64,000 nt of DNA from an uncultured Bacteroidia bacterium (lineage in GTDB: Bacteria; Bacteroidota; Bacteroidia; NS11-12g; UBA9320). Under the pieces are notes generated by a model. It was not told where the DNA came from. It did no database searches and saw only the letters and a program-made list of their open reading frames with translations. Positions 58,973 to 64,000 of this stretch are shown here, piece after piece. The translations under genes and the position numbers were made by a program. Every line of letters begins with the position of its first letter. Positions within the stretch are counted from its first letter, which is position 1. The stretch is from contig OX044357.1 of NCBI GenBank assembly GCA_943846675.1, positions 1,546,010 through 1,610,009 of the forward strand, written 5' to 3'.

Positions 58973-59650
58973 ATGAGTAATGTTGCCTATTTTATTGAGA
59001 AGTTCAAGACTAAAAGTAAAGAAGAATTACAACAAATTGTCGAGCAACCTGCGCATTATCAAAATGATGCATTAATAGCTGCCAAACAGCTACTTGCAGA
59101 TCTTGGTGCCTACGTAAACATGGAGCCTGAGACAATTATTGAAGAGGAAACTCCAAAACATGCCGCATCAGTAGACAATTTAATTGTATCGCGCCAAATG
59201 AGATTAATTCATTACGTGATAGATTATGTAGTGTTGCAGGTGCTAACCGTAGCTTCAATGGCATTGATCAATCTGTCTTACGAGCTCACTGGAATTTATT
59301 ATCAAACGACGCTTTTTGCCCCACTAGACATTGCCAACTATTTTGTACTATTCTTCTTGTATTACCTGTTGTTAGAGCATTACGGTCAGATTACCATTGG
59401 GAAACTGATTACGAAAACCATGGTGGTAGACGAGATGGGCTATGAACCTAGTTTTTCAGAATCATTGTACCGTACCTTATCTCGTTTTATACCATTTGAA
59501 GCTTTTAGTTGTCTAAGAAAACCAAGTAGAGGGTGGCACGATACGTTGTCAGGCACGTACGTAATTGAAAGGAGAAATCTTGATCGGTTTAGAAAAAGAT
59601 TGGGAGGCGTGAGCGCAGAAGACCACTTGGTCGATAGTGGATCTGAATAA
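58973..59650 (+). CDS. RDD-family membrane protein with N-terminal DUF2007-like domain
   Basis: 225 aa. The RDD landmarks are R..IDYVV, conserved D residues and a terminal GWHDTLSGTYVIER. There are two or three TM helices. Confidence 0.55.
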   Translation: MSNVAYFIEKFKTKSKEELQQIVEQPAHYQNDALIAAKQLLADLGAYVNMEPETIIEEETPKHAASVDNLIVSRQMRLIHYVIDYVVLQVLTVASMALINLSYELTGIYYQTTLFAPLDIANYFVLFFLYYLLLEHYGQITIGKLITKTMVVDEMGYEPSFSESLYRTLSRFIPFEAFSCLRKPSRGWHDTLSGTYVIERRNLDRFRKRLGGVSAEDHLVDSGSE

Positions 59651-59748
59651 GGTGAAAAATTGCGCAAATGGCGTTCAGAAGTTCTCATGACATTTCATTC
59701 AATCTTAAAGACGATATTTGCTCGATTTTGTAGTATAATAAGTCACGT

Positions 59749-62700
59749 ATGTATAAAAAGATTTACCTATTAGCAGTCATCACTCTGCTTGCCAACACAG
59801 TATTTGCTCAGTTCATCGATAGTAAAACAGAGGTTGTGAAGCAAGCATTCATCACCACATACAACTTTGAGTCATCAGACTTAGTCAATGTCGAAACGAC
59901 GGATGATTACATAGATAAAAAAACAGGATTCAACCACATTTACTTACGTCAGCAGTTTGATAAAAAGCCAATTTTTAACGCTGTTGCTAATGCCGTTATA
60001 CATAAAGGTGTTGTAAGTCATGTATCTAAAGGATTTCAGACAGACTTAAACAGTATGCCAGTTGACCGGGATTTTACTGTTAATGCAAATCAGGCATTTA
60101 CGTCATTTTTGAAGTCAGAAAACTTGCTAGATAATGAGGCATATGCATTTGATTTAAACCAAGTAGGTTCATCGTTGGTTTGGATTGATTCTACTGCCGA
60201 TGAGGTGCCAACTAAAGTTGAGCAAGGATTCTATTTAGATAACAATGTAATAAAATCATGTTATTTCATTCAATACTACAGTCCAGAACCCGAACACATG
60301 TGGAATGCTTTTGTTAGCGCTTCTTCTGGACAAGTAATCATGAAGTCCGATTTAATTGTAAGGTGCAGCTTTGATTCTCATCAAAATTGTACACATGGCG
60401 TTACGCTTGGCGGACCACTTCCAAACATATCTCAAGTAAATAAAGTAGAACGTATACAAGCCGATGCCAGTTATCAAGTGTTTGACTTTCCTCTTGAAAG
60501 TCCTAATCACGGGAATAGAACGGTAGTTGAAGATCCTGCTGATTCGGAGTCTTCACCTTTTGGGTGGCACGACGATAACGGAGTTGCAGGAGCTGAATAT
60601 ACCATTACTAGAGGAAACAATGTTTGGGCACAAGATGATTTAAATGGTAACAACGGTACGGGTTATAGCCCAGAGGGTGGATCGGGCCTAACCTTTGCTG
60701 CAGACTTTGATGTCAACCAATCAGCGACAAAATATATCGATGCGTCTATTATAAACCTGTTCTACTGGAATAATTTAATGCATGATGTTTTTTACATGTA
60801 TGGATTTGACGAGGAATCTGGAAACTTTCAAGAGAACAACTACGGAAACGGTGGTCAAGGAAGTGATTACGTATTTGCCGATGCACAAGATGGTACAGGA
60901 ACTAACAACGCCAACTTTAATGCCATGGTTGATGGTCAAAACCCAAGAATGCAAATGTATTTGTGGGGAAATGGAAGTACCATAGAAGATTACTTTCAAA
61001 TAGACGAACCGGCTTCTATCGCTCGAAAATATGGATCTGCACCAGCGTCAATTGGAGGTAACTTAACCAAAACTCCAGTTAAAGGTGAGTTGGTACTTGT
61101 CGATGATGGTACCGCCAATGGTTCAGAAGGGTGTAACGCACTGACCAATAATACTTCTTTGAATGGTAATATTGCCGTGTTTGATCGTGGTAATTGCTCA
61201 TTTGTGTCTAAGATTACAAAAGCACAGAATGCCGGTGCTATAGGTGTTATTGTGATTAACAACGTAGGTACTGCACCAATTGCGATGAGAGGCAACGGTG
61301 CTGGCGCTCTCACCATTCCTGCGATTATGATATCACAAGCCAATGGCAACACGATTAAAGCAAGAATGGCTCTAGAATCGGTAGAAGGATCGATGTATGA
61401 TTCGTCTCGCATTGAAGGTAATTTTAGAGATAGTGATTTTGATAACGGTGTAATTGTTCACGAATACACACACGGAATTAGCGTCCGGTTGACAGGTGGG
61501 CCTAGTAATAGTGCTTGTCTTCAGTCAAATAGATACCAAGAGCAAATGGGCGAAGGGTGGAGTGACTTTTTGGGACTGATTATGACCCAACAAAAAGATG
61601 ATTTACCAGAAAAGCGAAGAGGCATTGGAACGTATTCTAGTGGTCAACCAACAAATGGAAGAGGAATTCGTGTTTATCCATATTCAACAAGCTTTGCTGT
61701 TAATCCTGTTACTTACGACGATATTAAAAGTGCTCAATTCACTGTACCACACGGTGTTGGAAGTGTTTGGTGTTCTATGTTATGGGACCTACACTGGGCA
61801 CTTATTCTTGAATATGGATACGATGAAGATATTTATCGTGGAACTGGTGGAAACAACCTCTCCATGCGCTTGGTTTTGGAAGCAATGAAACTTCAACCTT
61901 GTGGGCCAGGTTTTGTCGATGGACGGGATGCCATTCTAAAAGCGGATGAATTGCTGAATGGCGGCAAAAACAAGAAACTCATATGGACCACTTTTGCAAA
62001 GCGCGGATTAGGCTATAGTGCAGATCAAGGTGCATCTAGCAGTCGAGCTGATGGATCAGAAGCATTTGATCTTCCTCCATTTCTTGATAATTATAGTATT
62101 CACAAAACGGCAGTAAAGAGCGCTCTTTCTAACGAAACCATTGACTATACCATAAAAGTTGTTAATCGTGGTGGAGAGAATCTTCCAGAAATTGAAGTAT
62201 TTGATAGCCTAGGACAAGAAGCTGAGTTTGTTACTTCTGATGGTAGATGTGATATCAATTTCAATGAAGCCAATAACACGTTTACCTTAACAATAAATGA
62301 CCTAAACGCTGGTGACAGCGTAGAATGTGGCTATTCGGTTAAGGTGAACAAAGATGCTGGAGGGAAGTTGGTGTGGCTTGATAATGTAGAGCAAGACACG
62401 GCAAATTGGACACCAACAGTAGATGAAGGTTCTATTCGTTGGTTAAGAACCCAGTCCGAGTCAAACAGTGGCTTTTTTAGTTGGTTCATCCAAAACATTG
62501 GAATTAGTTCAGATGGTTGGTTGGAAAACACGTTTGACCTGACAGAAATGGCAAATCCTAACCTAATCTTTTCGCATTATTACAATACAGAAGGCGCTAA
62601 TGATGGTGCTGTTGTTGAGATATTGGTCAATGGTGACTGGGTTGATTTAGGGGATAAAATGATTTTAAATGGTTACAACTCAACGATAGACCCAAATAAT

Positions 62701-63243
62701 ACGAGTCGTATCGCTGGAAGACAAGCTTTCTCTGGTAACTCTAATGGGTTTATCCAAACCAATATTGATTTGAGTTTTTATCAAGGAAATGTTGTCAATA
62801 TCCGTTTCCGAATGGTGTCTGATCCTGCTGTAGGTGCGAGGGGATGGTACATCGATGATGTGGCCTTGTGGAATAGGTTTACATTATTGTCAAACGTTGC
62901 TTCGGCCAGCGTTGATGGTGATGCGGTGTTCGATTTAACGCAAACCGAAATTATCAAGTCAGATCTGCTAGACACGATTGTTGTTCCGATCATTGATGTA
63001 AATGAATTGATTCAAGTATTCCCGAACCCTATTGTTACCGACTTCACTCTAAAATTTGAGTCTAAAATTGATCGATCAATAGACCTTAATATTTTTAACG
63101 CAACAGGTCAAGATATTTGGTCTGGTACCATTAAGTCCAATAATGACTTGATAATACCTGCCAATCATTTAGCCGCTGGAGCTTATTATTTAGAGGTGTC
63201 TGATGCAGATAAAGTCCGCATTTTCAAGTTGTTAAAGCAATAA
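59749..63243 (+). CDS. T9SS-secreted M36 (fungalysin-like) metalloprotease with PA domain and type-A CTD
   Basis: 1164 aa with a signal peptide. The active site is VIVHEYTHGISVRLTGG ... GEGWSDF (M36). The PA domain reads GNIAVFDRGNCSFVSKITKAQNAGAIGVIVINN. The C-terminus is VFPNPIVTDFTLKF...YYLEVSDADKVRIFKLLKQ. Confidence 0.8.
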   Translation: MYKKIYLLAVITLLANTVFAQFIDSKTEVVKQAFITTYNFESSDLVNVETTDDYIDKKTGFNHIYLRQQFDKKPIFNAVANAVIHKGVVSHVSKGFQTDLNSMPVDRDFTVNANQAFTSFLKSENLLDNEAYAFDLNQVGSSLVWIDSTADEVPTKVEQGFYLDNNVIKSCYFIQYYSPEPEHMWNAFVSASSGQVIMKSDLIVRCSFDSHQNCTHGVTLGGPLPNISQVNKVERIQADASYQVFDFPLESPNHGNRTVVEDPADSESSPFGWHDDNGVAGAEYTITRGNNVWAQDDLNGNNGTGYSPEGGSGLTFAADFDVNQSATKYIDASIINLFYWNNLMHDVFYMYGFDEESGNFQENNYGNGGQGSDYVFADAQDGTGTNNANFNAMVDGQNPRMQMYLWGNGSTIEDYFQIDEPASIARKYGSAPASIGGNLTKTPVKGELVLVDDGTANGSEGCNALTNNTSLNGNIAVFDRGNCSFVSKITKAQNAGAIGVIVINNVGTAPIAMRGNGAGALTIPAIMISQANGNTIKARMALESVEGSMYDSSRIEGNFRDSDFDNGVIVHEYTHGISVRLTGGPSNSACLQSNRYQEQMGEGWSDFLGLIMTQQKDDLPEKRRGIGTYSSGQPTNGRGIRVYPYSTSFAVNPVTYDDIKSAQFTVPHGVGSVWCSMLWDLHWALILEYGYDEDIYRGTGGNNLSMRLVLEAMKLQPCGPGFVDGRDAILKADELLNGGKNKKLIWTTFAKRGLGYSADQGASSSRADGSEAFDLPPFLDNYSIHKTAVKSALSNETIDYTIKVVNRGGENLPEIEVFDSLGQEAEFVTSDGRCDINFNEANNTFTLTINDLNAGDSVECGYSVKVNKDAGGKLVWLDNVEQDTANWTPTVDEGSIRWLRTQSESNSGFFSWFIQNIGISSDGWLENTFDLTEMANPNLIFSHYYNTEGANDGAVVEILVNGDWVDLGDKMILNGYNSTIDPNNTSRIAGRQAFSGNSNGFIQTNIDLSFYQGNVVNIRFRMVSDPAVGARGWYIDDVALWNRFTLLSNVASASVDGDAVFDLTQTEIIKSDLLDTIVVPIIDVNELIQVFPNPIVTDFTLKFESKIDRSIDLNIFNATGQDIWSGTIKSNNDLIIPANHLAAGAYYLEVSDADKVRIFKLLKQ

Positions 63244-63423
63244 GAAAGCGCTACTGAAGTTAATTACTACCTGCATACATTGATACAGTCGGGTAGCACA
63301 TGCTATAGATTGCGAGATCTTGCATCGGAGTTATTGGCTTACGTTCTGCAAAAATGCTCTCCCCTGAAGTTCGTAGGACTGTTTGATGTAACCTATTTAT
63401 TATCACATTTTTAGTAAATTCGT

Positions 63424-64000
63424 ATGTTGATCAAAAGTATGTCGAGTAAATCCATCAAATACATGTTGATGAAATTAATAGTTGTATTAATTTCTGTACT
63501 GTGTTCTACAGTATCGGGTTTCGGGCAATCAAAAGTTAATATAACCTCCAAAATTCCCAGCGCTATTGGGATTTGTGGTGCTTCACAGAAGGTCGAGATT
63601 GATGTAAGAAACATTACAACAGGCAGTGTTTCAGCCATATCTGTTACGCTCACATTACCCACAGGTATGCATTACGAAAAAGGTTCTGTTTCCGGAACTG
63701 GTGTATCGGAAAAGTCGACTACAAATCTTCAAAAACCAGAATTCAATTTACCGAACCTAGCCATAACTGGCAATTCTACGTTTGCCGTAGAAATTATCGC
63801 AGATTGTGACCTTACCGGTTTTTTAACCAGCGGTGGGATTCCGACGATAACCGCAGTTTGTTACTATTCTGGTGGTTCAGTAACACACAAATCACTTCCG
63901 TTGTCGGTCAATCAACCTTCAATCAACGTGAGTAGTATTTCTAATCAATATATATCTGCTTCGCTTGGAGAATTGTTTATACGCAAATTGACAATCACCA
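63424..64000 (+). CDS. 5' part of a secreted repeat-domain protein (continues beyond the window end)
   Basis: An open frame of at least 192 codons with no stop. The signal-like N-terminus is MLMKLIVVLISVLCSTVSGFGQ, followed by Ig-like and conserved-repeat-like segments (NITTGSVSAISVTLTLPTGMHYEKGSVSG). It is absent from the ORF track because it is unterminated. Confidence 0.5.
   Translation, partial: MLIKSMSSKSIKYMLMKLIVVLISVLCSTVSGFGQSKVNITSKIPSAIGICGASQKVEIDVRNITTGSVSAISVTLTLPTGMHYEKGSVSGTGVSEKSTTNLQKPEFNLPNLAITGNSTFAVEIIADCDLTGFLTSGGIPTITAVCYYSGGSVTHKSLPLSVNQPSINVSSISNQYISASLGELFIRKLTIT

Overview
This 64-kb window looks like a Bacteroidota chromosomal segment (probably Flavobacteriia or Cytophagia). 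The call rests on the AT-rich sequence, many proteins ending in T9SS type-A sorting domains, and DUF1573 and PorP/SprF-like proteins. Conserved housekeeping genes frame an accessory region between about 2.9 and 21.3 kb. The housekeeping set includes htrA, ruvB, queG, priA, map, hutU, an ABC-F ATPase, tsaC/sua5, an NtrC-like regulator, rnpB, glmM and trxB. The accessory region is dominated by two giant paralogous secreted surface proteins, one 3410..9048 and one 11433..17834. The first has an N-terminal block of Chlamydia Pmp-like parallel beta-helix repeats (GGAI/FxxN motifs). The second has about 19 near-identical 47-aa NHL repeats. Both end in the same ~3.05-kb cassette (6125..9172 and 15065..17958, about 99% nucleotide identity) that carries beta-helix repeats, an FN3/Ig-like domain and a T9SS sorting domain. 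Relative to its paralog, the first gene is broken by two +1 frameshifts. The island also carries remnant gene fragments (an HNH nuclease tail), several families of short dispersed repeats, and a small secreted protein built from YKAD decapeptide repeats. Near its right end is a MerR-like HTH protein, then 41-bp iterons, then a large serine recombinase immediately upstream of ruvB. Elsewhere the window encodes two further T9SS cargo proteases (an M4 thermolysin-like enzyme with PKD domains, and an M36 fungalysin-like enzyme with a PA domain), a chromosomal class D (OXA-type) beta-lactamase, two decayed pseudogenes, and an unannotated RNase P RNA. I found no CRISPR array, tRNA or rRNA. All functional calls come from motif recognition by eye and are not database-verified.
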